A stretch of 64,000 nucleotides of DNA from Thermoanaerobaculia bacterium (GTDB taxonomy: Bacteria; Acidobacteriota; Thermoanaerobaculia; Multivoradales; Multivoraceae), in the NCBI GenBank assembly GCA_963666565.1, contig OY762911.1:3424001-3488000 (forward strand), read 5' to 3'. Position 1 is the stretch's first letter. Every line of letters begins with the position of its first letter. Shown piece after piece: positions 38,515 through 50,452 of this stretch. Made by a program: the position numbers and the translations under genes. A model generated the notes under the pieces. That model ran no database searches. It was given only the letters and a program-made list of their open reading frames with translations, and was not told the DNA's origin.

Positions 38515-39282
38515 TCAGCCGGCGCCTTCCCGGACCGTGGCGAGGATGATCGAGATGTTGTCCCGGCCGCCGTCGTCCATGGCGAGATCGAACAGCCCGG
38601 TCGCCGCGGCGGCGCCAGTTTCGGCCGCCGCCAGGACCTCCTCGATCCGGCGAACGTCGAGGTGATCCGTCAGTCCGTCGCTGCAGAGCAGGTACCGCCA
38701 TCCGGCGTTCAGTTCTTCGCGGCCCACGTGAGGGCTCACGTCCACGAAGCTCGACCAGCCGCCCAGGGCCTGCGTGATGCGGCCCGATCGCGGCGCCTCG
38801 GGCGGCACGTCGTCGATGCTCAACTGCCTCGCGAACCCGTCACGGTAGCGGTAGATCCGGCTGTCCCCCACGTTGAACCAGCGGATGCCCCCGGACGCGA
38901 AGAGCATGCCGGCCACCGTGGTCCCCATCGCGCGTCTCCCGGGCGGTTCCGCCGCCGCCTCGTACACCGCCCGGTTCACGTCCCGGATCGCCTTCGCCGT
39001 CCCGGTGCCGAGTTCGTCGTCCTCCTCACCGATGCGCTCCGCCAGCAGGCGGGCGGCGAGCGCGCTCGCCTCCTGGCCCGCGGCGTGGCCTCCCATGCCG
39101 TCCGCCACCAAGCACAGGACCGGCTCACGAAGGGAGCGCTCGACCGACCGGGGCGCCTCCATTTCCTCGGCGCCGGCCCGGAAGTCCCCGACGACGATCG
39201 TGTCCTCGTTCCGCTCGCGGACCTTGCCCCGGTGGGTCCAGGCCGTCGCCTCCAGCGTGAACCGCCCGGCCGCGTCAGCCAA
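38515..39282 (-). CDS. PP2C-family Ser/Thr protein phosphatase
   Basis: RERNED, VADGMGGH, NVGDSRIY, LLCSDGLTD, GGRDNIS. TTG start overlapping the FHA stop assumed (alternative ATG 39303). Confidence 0.93.
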   Translation of the reverse strand: MADAAGRFTLEATAWTHRGKVRERNEDTIVVGDFRAGAEEMEAPRSVERSLREPVLCLVADGMGGHAAGQEASALAARLLAERIGEEDDELGTGTAKAIRDVNRAVYEAAAEPPGRRAMGTTVAGMLFASGGIRWFNVGDSRIYRYRDGFARQLSIDDVPPEAPRSGRITQALGGWSSFVDVSPHVGREELNAGWRYLLCSDGLTDHLDVRRIEEVLAAAETGAAAATGLFDLAMDDGGRDNISIILATVREGAG

Positions 39283-39856
39283 GCCGCACCACCGCGCCGG
39301 CATGGCGGGAGAAGCCGATCTCGTCGTCCTCCGCCAGGCGCCTGGACTCCCCCACGTCGCCGATCGCCGTGCCGTTGAGGTACGTCGGGTTCGTTCGGCT
39401 CAGATGGCGCACCGTCAGGAAACCCTCGCCGTCCAGAAAGAACTCCGCGTGCCGCCGGGACACGTACATGTTGCCGCTCAACTCCCGGGCGTGGCGGCAG
39501 AACTCCGGATCCCGTCCGATCCCCACCGTTTCGCCCGGACCCACCACGACGTCCCCCCATTCGAATGAGAGGGTGGCACGGGGACCCGCCCCGCCCGGCT
39601 CCATCGTCGTCGCCGCCACGCCGGCATCGGCCTGGGCCGCCACGCCGGCGCCGGCCGGCGGCGGCGGCACCGCTGCCGCGGCCGGTTCGCTCCGGTCCTC
39701 CCGCACGGGAGGGCCGCCGTCCTCGGCGCCCGCTGCGGGAGGAGGCGGGCCGGTCGTCTTCGCCGCTCCCGTGAGCGGCGTATGGCATTCGACGCAGAAC
39801 AGCTCGTGCAGGTCGTTGCCGGCGCCGCAGGCGGGACACTGGATCATTCGCGCCAT
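39275..39856 (-). CDS. Zinc-ribbon plus FHA domain protein
   Basis: CPAC...CVEC at the N-terminus, Pro/Ala linker, FHA motifs IGR, VSRRHA, TNPTYLNG. Confidence 0.9.
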   Translation of the reverse strand: MARMIQCPACGAGNDLHELFCVECHTPLTGAAKTTGPPPPAAGAEDGGPPVREDRSEPAAAAVPPPPAGAGVAAQADAGVAATTMEPGGAGPRATLSFEWGDVVVGPGETVGIGRDPEFCRHARELSGNMYVSRRHAEFFLDGEGFLTVRHLSRTNPTYLNGTAIGDVGESRRLAEDDEIGFSRHAGAVVRLG

Positions 39857-40496
39857 GAAGCACCCTTCAGAACGACCCCTCTCGCCGCCAGGTTCGCCTC
39901 GAGCCGCTCCAGGTCGCCGCCCGCCGGGATGCCGACCAGGGTCACGTCGCCTCGTCCCACCTCGACCTGGAGACGATCCCGTCCGGCGGGCCCCTCCCGG
40001 CCGAAGCGCCGGTAAAGCTCCCTGCCCCGCTCGCTCAGCCCGACGAGCTTCTGGTTCGCCGACCCCAGCCAGCGGGACTCGCCGCTCAGGCTGGCCACGA
40101 ACGGTTCGGCGATCAGGCCGTCGAGGCCCGCCAGCACGGCCGGAAAGTCGGCGCGCAGGCGGCGCAGGCCGAAGCCGCTGTAGCAGAGGATGTCGAACCA
40201 GCCCTCCGGACGCTCGCTCCGCCACGACCGAAGACTCTCCACGAAGGCCGCCAGCGCGTCCGGCTGCTCGAAGGGCTCGCCGCCGCTGATCGTCACGCCG
40301 TCGAACCCTCCCGAACCGGCGGCCCGGCACCACTCGACCAGTTCGTCGACCTCCACGGACCGGCCCCCTTCGGGGTCCCATGTGTCCCGGGACGAGCAAC
40401 CCGGGCAGCCGATGGAGCAGCCCTGGAACCAGACGCCGATCCTCCGGCCGGGGCCGAGCGTGGTCACCGGAAACCGGGCGTCGTTCAGCCGCACCC

Positions 40497-40500
<4 letters not shown>
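39844..40500 (-). CDS. NrdG-like radical SAM (4Fe-4S single cluster) protein
   Basis: GPGRRIGVWFQGCSIGCPGC (CxxxCxxC), GVTISGGEPFEQ, YSG, GSANQ. Confidence 0.9.
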
Positions 40501-42484
<1,984 letters not shown>

Positions 42485-42488
<4 letters not shown>

Positions 42489-43855
42489 CGGGCGGCCTCC
42501 CGGACCTCGGCTTTGCGACGCCGGGGCCGCTGCGCGCGGGCGGGCGCCGCGGCTTCCTTCCGGGCTCCCTCACCCTCGTGGACCTTCAGCCGGCTGACGC
42601 CGACCGGGAAGCGCTTCCCCACCTTGAGGCGGACGCCCCGCCCGGCCATGGCCCGGCGAAACTCCCCGAAGTCCCGGCACCAGGCACTCTCCAGGTCCCG
42701 GTCCCGGCGCACGTCCTTGCCGGCCTTCTGCCGGCCGGAAGCCGCGACGCGGACCGGCTCGACATCGATGGCGTTTCCATCGACGTCGACGACGACGCCG
42801 AGTTCTTCTTCGTCCGTCTTCCTCAGGATCGTCCGTCCGCCGTCGGAGAAGATCGAGTCGAAACCATCTTCGACGGCATATCCCAGGCGCTCGAGTTCCT
42901 CCCGCATCACCATGCCGACATACCGCTGGTCGTCCCGCTCCCTGCCGCTCCGGACGACTGCTTCGACGCGATCCGCAATGCCGTCGTCGAGCGCGGCCCG
43001 GCGCCGTTCGACGCGATCGAGTTCGGCCGAGATCGCCTCCACCTCTTCGCCGCGGAAACCGCGGATCCGCTCCCTGAGATCCTCCACCGCATCGGCCAGG
43101 TGCCGGTCCGCTTCGACCTTGGCCTCCTCGACCCGGTCGTTCGCTCGCTGGACCCCCAACCGGAGCTCCAGCAGCATCCTTCCGGCTCGCGCCGGACGTC
43201 CTTCACGTTCTTCGGCGCCGATGCGGGCGGCCAGTTCCTCCAGGCCGCTCCGGTCCGCGGCGGGAACCTCGGCCGACAGACGGTCGACCAGCCGCCGCGC
43301 ATCCCGCGCCGCCGCATCCGCGGGCGCCTCCGCGGTCTCCGCCGGGCCCGACGGGCCGTCCTCCGGGCGCGGCATGCCCTCCATGCCGGACAGTTCGGAT
43401 TCGGAGAACCCCTCGGCTACCGAGGGTTCCGCCGGGCCAGCCTCCGAGGTTCCCAGCGGACGGGCCTCAAGTCCGCCGAGAAGAAACGACCTGGCCTCAT
43501 CCTGTTGGCGCCGGCGCCCTTCCATCTTCCGGCGGTGCCGCTTCAGGCGCCCTTCCATGGTCAGGCAATGGCGCCGCAGGCGCCTCACATAGCGCTGGAC
43601 CGGCCTCGGGCTCCTCGCGTCAACGGGTCGCACGGGGGGCCGTCCCCACTCTGCCATCCCGTCCCGGTACTCCGCGTACGCGCTGCGGCTCTCCGAGTAC
43701 TCCGCCTCCAGCCGAGCCTGGCGGCTCTCCAGTTCGTCGGCTTCCCCCCAAGCCGCAGCCAAGGCTCGCTCGCGCCTTAGCCGCTCCTGCTCCGCCAGGT
43801 ATGCCAAGTACTCCGGGCTCGGCTCATTGTCCCACCATCCGTGCTCTTTGCTCAC
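42485..43855 (-). CDS. Helical/coiled-coil hypothetical protein, paralog 1
   Basis: GTG start (SKEHGWW) by homology to 46594..47880; the stop overlaps the AAA ATG (ATGA). Confidence 0.8.
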
Positions 43856-44091
43856 ATGAACACCACGTCTGTTTCGGCGAAGACAGCGAAGCGGCACGAC
43901 CGCGTCACGATCCGGCCCGACTATACTCGCCCTTCCGCGATACCCGTTTCCGTGAAGGAGAGTCCGACCATGGCGCCGATACACCGCATCGCGGCCTGGA
44001 ACCCGGCGAAAAGCCCATGTCGGCTCGTCAGTCTCGGGCGAAGGGTCTCCCCCGCCGCGCCGGGATCGCGGCTCGAGAGAAGGCCCTCCGG

Positions 44092-46575
44092 GTGACCGAA
44101 GGGCGCGGCCCGCGGCCGCCGGACGAGACGCGGCGGGAAACGCCGTCGGCGACCGACGGGACCCGCCGGGAGACGCCGGCGCCGCCGGACGGGACGCGGC
44201 GCGAGGCGCCCTCGCCATCCGACGCGACCCGGCTGGAGTCGCCCGGTCCAGCGGATGCGACGCGCGCCGAAGAGGCGCCTCCAGGCCACGCCGGCGCCGG
44301 CTCTCCCACCGCAACTGGCTTTCCCCAGGACCTCGCGGCGCGCTTCCGGCCGGTCCGCGAGTTGGACCACGGCAACCAGGCCGACGTCTGGCTGGTGGAG
44401 GAAGAGGCGGGCGTTCCACTCGTCGCGAAAGTGTACCGGCCCGGGTTCGAGGGACGGCCGGACATCCTGGAGATCCTTCACGGCCTGGAACCGAACCGGG
44501 ACATCGTGCCGGTCGTCTCCTACGGCCGCGCCGGCGGCCGGCTGTACGTCCTGCTCGAGTACGTGCCGGGCGGCAACCTGAAGAGCCTGATGACGCCGGG
44601 CGAGCCGTCTTCGCCCGACCTCGTCCGCGAAGTGCTCGCGCAACTGGTCGCCGCTCTCGAACGCCTCCACGGAGTGGGCATCGAGCACCATGACCTGAAA
44701 CCCGGCAACGTCCTGGTCCGGAACCAGCAACCCCTGGACCTCGTGCTGGCCGACTTCGGCGTGGCGACCCAGGCGTCGAGAACGGTCCGGGCCACGAGGC
44801 TCAGCGGCATGACCTGGACCTACGCGCCCCCCGAGGCGTTCGCCAGGAATCCCGACGAACTGCTCCTCTGGCAGCACAAGTTCGACGCCTGGTCGCTGGG
44901 CGTCATGGTCGTGGAGTTGCTGACGGGCCGCAACCCGCTGCCGGAGACCGAGATGGCGATCGCGACGTTCTTCGCAACCGGCAACATGGACGACCTGGTC
45001 GAGGGCGTGGACGATCCGGCGTGGAGGAAGCTCTGCCGCGGTCTGCTGCGCCGGAATCCGGAAGTGCGCTGGGGCACGGCGGAGGCGCGGCGGTGGCTCG
45101 AGGCGCCGGATGCGCCCGAGCTCCAGGTGGAGGCCGAGACGGCGCCGGCGGCCGCGCCGTCGCGCGGTTTCCGCTTCGTGGGCCGGGACTACGCAACGCC
45201 AGCCGATCTGGGCGCGGCCATGGCCGGCGACTGGGCCATGGCCGAGGACCTCTGGAGGAACCAGACGCCGGCGCTGTTGCAGTGGCTCCGCCACGAACTC
45301 GGATCCACGGAGGCGGCGGCCCGCGTGGAGGAGATCGACGGCACGCCGGGCATGGGCCTGGACGAGCAGTTGTTCTGGGCAATCCGCGCGCTCGCCCCTC
45401 AGGCGCCGCCGTCTTACCGGGGCGAGCCGCTGGCGGCCGAGAACCTGGCCCGGATCGCGAGCCGGGCGGCCGCGACGCCGGACGGGGACGACGCCCGCCT
45501 GCTGACGGCGGTCAGCCGCATCCCGCGTCTCGGTAGCAGCATCCCGCAGGTCGGAGATGCGGGGAATCCGGCGTTGACCGCGCAGGCGGCGCGATGGTCC
45601 GGCACGGCGCCGGCCTGGGAAGAGCTGCGCCGGGCACACGGGGAACTGCCGGAGCTCCCGGAGACGGACCGGATTGCCCTGCTGGCCGCGGCGACCGAGG
45701 GCAGCGGCGTGACCGAGCAGTTGCGGGAGCGGACATCGCAGGTCCTCGCCAAGTGGCCGCGGGCCAGGAAGTCCGCCCGGTTCCGGCGCCTCGGCGACCC
45801 AAGGCGCGCCGAGAGTCCTCAGCTTCTCGCCATGGCCCTGCTCGCCGCGACGACCCACGAGCGGGTCAAGACGGAAACGAGGGAAAGGCTGAAGACGCGC
45901 CGCCTGGCCATCGCCGCGGGAGCGCTGTCCGGACTCGTCTTCCTCCTCATCCGCCTCCTCATCGAGCCGTCGATGGCCGCCGCCGCCGGCCGGTTCGAGT
46001 ACGTGACCGCCCCGGAAGGCGACGGCGCCGACGTCGCCTGGAGGTTCTTCTGGGGCGAGTTCATGTCGTCCAGCGAGCAGTTCGCCCCCGTGCCGGCGAT
46101 GGTGGTTGGCGCCGCGGTCGCGCTCTGGCTGTGGTGGCGGTTCAGGCCGTCAGGCTGGGTCGTCCTGCTGTGCGGTCCGCCGGCGTTCCTTCTCGGCGCC
46201 GCGTTGACGATCATCAGCCTGTACGAGTTGTTCGGAAGCGTCATGATTCTCAGCTACACGATTCCCGGTCCGCTTCTCGTGGACGCCAGTTTCATCGTCG
46301 GGGCTTGCCTGGGCGTCGGCTTCGGCCTTGGCGTGGGTCTCGAACGCCTGCGCCTGAAACTCTCGGCGCGGACCTTTGCGCTCGCGCCGCTCGCCGTCAC
46401 GCTCTGCATCGTTCTGGTGTGCGCGGCCATCGGCGCCGCGCGCTTCCCCGGTTGGCATGCCGGGCTGTTCGGGGACCCGCCTCCGCTCGGAGACGGCGTG
46501 TACCGGGTGGACGGCCAGCACTACCGGGTGCAGGACGGCGTGGGGGTCGAGATAGAGGCGCCCGTTTCGGAATAG
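44092..46575 (+). CDS. Membrane-anchored Hanks-type Ser/Thr kinase 1
   Basis: VAK, HHDLKPGNVL, ADFG, YAPPE, DAWSLG; C-terminal TM helices; start at VTEG by homology to kinases 2 and 3. Confidence 0.92.
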   Translation: MTEGRGPRPPDETRRETPSATDGTRRETPAPPDGTRREAPSPSDATRLESPGPADATRAEEAPPGHAGAGSPTATGFPQDLAARFRPVRELDHGNQADVWLVEEEAGVPLVAKVYRPGFEGRPDILEILHGLEPNRDIVPVVSYGRAGGRLYVLLEYVPGGNLKSLMTPGEPSSPDLVREVLAQLVAALERLHGVGIEHHDLKPGNVLVRNQQPLDLVLADFGVATQASRTVRATRLSGMTWTYAPPEAFARNPDELLLWQHKFDAWSLGVMVVELLTGRNPLPETEMAIATFFATGNMDDLVEGVDDPAWRKLCRGLLRRNPEVRWGTAEARRWLEAPDAPELQVEAETAPAAAPSRGFRFVGRDYATPADLGAAMAGDWAMAEDLWRNQTPALLQWLRHELGSTEAAARVEEIDGTPGMGLDEQLFWAIRALAPQAPPSYRGEPLAAENLARIASRAAATPDGDDARLLTAVSRIPRLGSSIPQVGDAGNPALTAQAARWSGTAPAWEELRRAHGELPELPETDRIALLAAATEGSGVTEQLRERTSQVLAKWPRARKSARFRRLGDPRRAESPQLLAMALLAATTHERVKTETRERLKTRRLAIAAGALSGLVFLLIRLLIEPSMAAAAGRFEYVTAPEGDGADVAWRFFWGEFMSSSEQFAPVPAMVVGAAVALWLWWRFRPSGWVVLLCGPPAFLLGAALTIISLYELFGSVMILSYTIPGPLLVDASFIVGACLGVGFGLGVGLERLRLKLSARTFALAPLAVTLCIVLVCAAIGAARFPGWHAGLFGDPPPLGDGVYRVDGQHYRVQDGVGVEIEAPVSE

Positions 46576-46593
46576 GGTCGCGGCCCGCGACGC

Positions 46594-47880
46594 TCACCGC
46601 CCGGCTTGCCGGACCTGGGGCTTGCGGCGCCGGGACCGCTTCGCGCGGGAGGCCGACGCGGCTTCCTTCCGGCCTCCCTCGCCCTCGTGGACCTTCAGCC
46701 GGCGAACGCCGACCGGTAAGCGCTTCCCCACGCGGATGTCGACGCCCCGGCCGGCCATGGCCTGGCGGACCTCCGCGAAGTCCCGGCACCACGCGCTCTC
46801 CAGTTCCCCGTCCCGCCGCGCACCCTTGCCGGCCTTCAGCCGCCCGGAAGCCGCGACGCGGACCGGCTCGACACCGATGGCATTGCCCGCGACATCGACG
46901 ACGACGCCGAGTTCCTCTTCGTCCGTCTTCTTCAGGAGCGTGCTCCCGCCCCCGGAGAAGATCGAGTCGAAACCCTCCTCGACGGCATAGCCCAGGCGCT
47001 CGAGTTCCTCGCGCATCACCATGGCGACGTACTGCTGCGCGTTCCGCTCCCGGGCGCCCCGGACGACCGCCTCGACGCGATCCGCGATGTCTCCGTCGAG
47101 CGTGGCCCGGCGCTGTTCGACGAGGTCGAGTTCGGCCGAGATCTTCGCGACGTCATCGCCGCCGAATCCGAGGAGCTTCTCCCGGAGATCTCCCACCGCC
47201 TCGGCCAGGCGCCGGTCCGCTTCGACCCTGGCCTCCTCGACCCGGTCGTTCGCTCGCTGCACCCCCAGCCGGAGTTCCAGCAGCATCGTTCTGGCTCGCT
47301 CCGGATGCTCTTCGGCGGCGATGCCCGCCGCCAGTTCTTCCAAGGCGCCCCGGTCCGCGGCGGGAACCTCGGCCGACAGGCGGCCGACCAGCCGCCGCGC
47401 GTCGCGCGCCGCCCCGTCCGCGGACGCGCCCACGGTCTCGGGCGAGCCGGACGGAGATTCCTCCGGCCCGGCCACGTCGTCCAGGCCGGACACCTCGGAT
47501 TCGGAGAGCCCGGCGGCCTCCGGGGCGCCTGGCGAGCCGGCCTCGAACCCGTCGAGAAGAAACGACCGGACCTCGCGTTGCCGGCGGCGTAGCCGGCGCC
47601 CCCTCAGGCGCCCTTCCAGAGTGACGTAGTGGGAGCGCAGGCGCCTCACATAGTCCACGGCCACATCCGGGGGACCCTCAACATCGGGTCGCGCGGGCGG
47701 CCGTTTCATCTCGTTCCGGTACTCCGGATACTCCGCCTCCAACCTGGCCTGCAACGTGCCCACGCGTTCCTCCATTCGGAGCGCTTCGTTCCAACATCGC
47801 TGGTAGGCTCGCTCGATTCCCAGCGGCCCTCCCCATCGATTCTCATCCAGGAGTGTCCACCACCCGTTCTCTTTGCTCAC
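46594..47880 (-). CDS. Helical/coiled-coil hypothetical protein, paralog 2
   Basis: C-terminal ~270 aa highly similar to paralog 1 (LLELRLGVQRANDRVEEA, LERLGYAVE, ESAWCRDF); N-terminus divergent. Confidence 0.82.
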   Translation of the reverse strand: MSKENGWWTLLDENRWGGPLGIERAYQRCWNEALRMEERVGTLQARLEAEYPEYRNEMKRPPARPDVEGPPDVAVDYVRRLRSHYVTLEGRLRGRRLRRRQREVRSFLLDGFEAGSPGAPEAAGLSESEVSGLDDVAGPEESPSGSPETVGASADGAARDARRLVGRLSAEVPAADRGALEELAAGIAAEEHPERARTMLLELRLGVQRANDRVEEARVEADRRLAEAVGDLREKLLGFGGDDVAKISAELDLVEQRRATLDGDIADRVEAVVRGARERNAQQYVAMVMREELERLGYAVEEGFDSIFSGGGSTLLKKTDEEELGVVVDVAGNAIGVEPVRVAASGRLKAGKGARRDGELESAWCRDFAEVRQAMAGRGVDIRVGKRLPVGVRRLKVHEGEGGRKEAASASRAKRSRRRKPQVRQAGR

Positions 47881-48120
47881 AGCATCTCCATGGCGGCTTC
47901 AGGTCGGACCGCGACGCAGGCCGGTCTCGTCGAATCGACACACTATACTCACGACAATGCCCTCAATCGCCACTCCCTCCAGTGAAGACGAGTCAGACCA
48001 TGGCGCCGATCCATCGCGTCGCGGCCGGAGTTCGGTACGGACCTGTTGCCCGCTCGCCGGGCTCGGGAGAGCGGCTTCCCGCACGGCGCCGGGATTGCGG
48101 ATCGCGCGAAGGCCCATCGG

Positions 48121-50391
48121 GTGACTGAAGGCGGCGGCCCGCGACCCCCTGACGGGACCCGGCGAGAAACACCGGGGCCGCCGGACGAGACGCAGCGCGA
48201 AGCCCCCTCGCCATTCGACGCGGCCCTGCCCGAGTCCTCCGCCGCGGCGGATGCGACGCGCGCCGAAGAGGCCCACCCCGCCGCGTCGCCTTCCGCGACC
48301 GGCTTCCCCGAAGAGCTCGCGACGCGTTTCCGGCCCGTCCGCGAGCTCGACCACGGCAGCCAGGCCGACGTCTGGCTGGTGGAGGACGACGCCGGCACGC
48401 CGTTCGTCGCGAAGGTGTTCCGCCCCGGATTCGAGGGACGGCGGGACATCCTGGAGATCCTGCATGGCCTGGAACCGAACCGGGACATCGTGCCCGTGGT
48501 CTCCCACGGCCGCGCCGACGGCCGGCTGTACGTCGTGCTCGAGTACGTGCCGGGGGGCAACCTGAGGGGTCTGATGCAGCCGGGCGTTCCGGCCTCGACC
48601 GATCTGGTCCGCGAGGTGCTGACGCAGTTGGTCTCCGCGCTCGAGCGGCTCCACGGAAAGGGCATCGAGCATCAGGACCTGAAGCCCGGCAACGTCCTGG
48701 TGCGGAGCCGGCAGCCCCTGGATCTGGTGCTGGCCGACTTCGGCGTCGCCGCCCAGACGTCGGAGACCGTCCGGGCCACCAGGCTGGCCGGCATGACCTG
48801 GGCCTACGCGCCGCCCGAGGCGTTCTCGCTCCAGCGCGAAGAACTGATGCTCTGGCGGGGCAAGTACGACGCCTGGGCGCTGGGCGTCATCGTCGTGGAG
48901 CTGCTGACGGGCCGGCATCCGCTGCCGGGAAGCGAGGCGGCGATCGCGACGTTCTTCGTGACCCGCGGCACGGACGACCTGGTCGTGGGCGTGGACGATC
49001 CGGCATGGCGGAAGCTCTGCCGCGGCCTGCTGCGCCGGGATCCGGAAGCCCGCTGGGGCACGGCGGAAACTCGGCGATGGCTCGAGGCGCCGGACGCGCC
49101 CGAGCTCGATGTGAAGGAAGAGGCGGCGCCGGCGCGGGGCTTCCGCTTCGTCGGTCGGGACTACGCGACGCCCGCCGATCTGGGCTCGGCGATGGCCGGC
49201 GACTGGAACTCGGCCGAGGACGTCTGGAGGAACCGAACGCCCGAACTGGTGCAGTGGCTCCGCCACGAGCTCGGAACTCCCGACGTGGCGGCCCGCCTGG
49301 AGGAGATCGACCGCACGCCGGGTCTGGACTTGGACGCGCAGTTGTTCTGGGCGATCCGCGCGCTCGCCCCCCGGTCGCGGCCGTCGTTCCGGGGCGAGTC
49401 GCTGGCGACGGAAAACCTGGCGCTTGTCGCCAGCCGGGCCGCTGCCCGGCCGGACGGCGCCGACGCCGGGCTGCTGCTGGCGGTCAGCAATGTGCCTGGC
49501 CTCGGCGAGATCGGAGATCCGGCACTGACCGCGCAGACGGCGCGGTGGTCGGGCGTGGAGGCGGCCTGGGAAGAGCTGCGCGGACAACACGGGGAGCTGC
49601 CGGGTCTCTCGGAGACCGATCGGTCGACCCTGCTGGCGGCGGCGACCGAAGGCAGCGGCGTCACCGAGCAGTTACGGGAACGGACGTCGCGGGTCCTCGC
49701 GAAGCGGCCGCGGGCCGCGAAGTCCGACTGGTTCAAGCGCCTCGGCGCCGTGAGAAGCGCCGAAGCGCCGTGGCTTCGCGCCATGACCCTGCTCGCCGGC
49801 CAGGCGCACGAGGAGGTCGAGGCGGAACTCAGGTTGCGGCGGAAGACGCGGCGTCTGGCCATCGCCGCCGGAGCGGCGGCCGGAATCGCGATCAGCCTTC
49901 TCGTCCTGTTGATCGAGCCCTTCATAACCCACGACCCGATGCCCAGCCTGGTTGTCAGCGCAGCGATCGCGGCACTGGTGGTGATCGCGGCACTGGTCGG
50001 ATTCGGCACGAGATCGCGGCCGACCGGCGCTTCCGCCGAGGGCCTCTCGAACTTGGGGGCACGGTACGAGTTCCTCTTGGGCATCCCGGGCTGCTTTTCG
50101 GTGTTCGGGCTCATGTTCATCGGTCCGTTGATGTGGTCCTGGCTGTTCGGGAGAATCCCCGGTCCGTTCCTCGTGGACGCCGGTCTCGTCATCCTGCCGT
50201 GCACGGCCATCGGCTTCGGTGTTGGCGCGGCTCTCGAGCGCCTGAACCGGCAGCTCACGGTGCGTACCGCCGCCCTCGCAACGCTGGCGATCATGTTCGC
50301 GGTCGCGCTCGTGTCCTTAGTGATCCTGCTTTCGGAATTGGCCAGCGGAGAGTCCGCCGGAATTCGCGGCGGCTTGGAGGACGGCCCTTGA
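48121..50391 (+). CDS. Membrane-anchored Ser/Thr kinase 2
   Basis: HQDLKPGNVL, DFG, YAPPE; C-terminal TM helices. Confidence 0.92.
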   Translation: MTEGGGPRPPDGTRRETPGPPDETQREAPSPFDAALPESSAAADATRAEEAHPAASPSATGFPEELATRFRPVRELDHGSQADVWLVEDDAGTPFVAKVFRPGFEGRRDILEILHGLEPNRDIVPVVSHGRADGRLYVVLEYVPGGNLRGLMQPGVPASTDLVREVLTQLVSALERLHGKGIEHQDLKPGNVLVRSRQPLDLVLADFGVAAQTSETVRATRLAGMTWAYAPPEAFSLQREELMLWRGKYDAWALGVIVVELLTGRHPLPGSEAAIATFFVTRGTDDLVVGVDDPAWRKLCRGLLRRDPEARWGTAETRRWLEAPDAPELDVKEEAAPARGFRFVGRDYATPADLGSAMAGDWNSAEDVWRNRTPELVQWLRHELGTPDVAARLEEIDRTPGLDLDAQLFWAIRALAPRSRPSFRGESLATENLALVASRAAARPDGADAGLLLAVSNVPGLGEIGDPALTAQTARWSGVEAAWEELRGQHGELPGLSETDRSTLLAAATEGSGVTEQLRERTSRVLAKRPRAAKSDWFKRLGAVRSAEAPWLRAMTLLAGQAHEEVEAELRLRRKTRRLAIAAGAAAGIAISLLVLLIEPFITHDPMPSLVVSAAIAALVVIAALVGFGTRSRPTGASAEGLSNLGARYEFLLGIPGCFSVFGLMFIGPLMWSWLFGRIPGPFLVDAGLVILPCTAIGFGVGAALERLNRQLTVRTAALATLAIMFAVALVSLVILLSELASGESAGIRGGLEDGP

Positions 50392-50452
50392 CCAGCAAGG
50401 TACACATCCGGATCGCCGTCCCGGAGACAGCGGCCGGGGAAGGGCACTCCAG

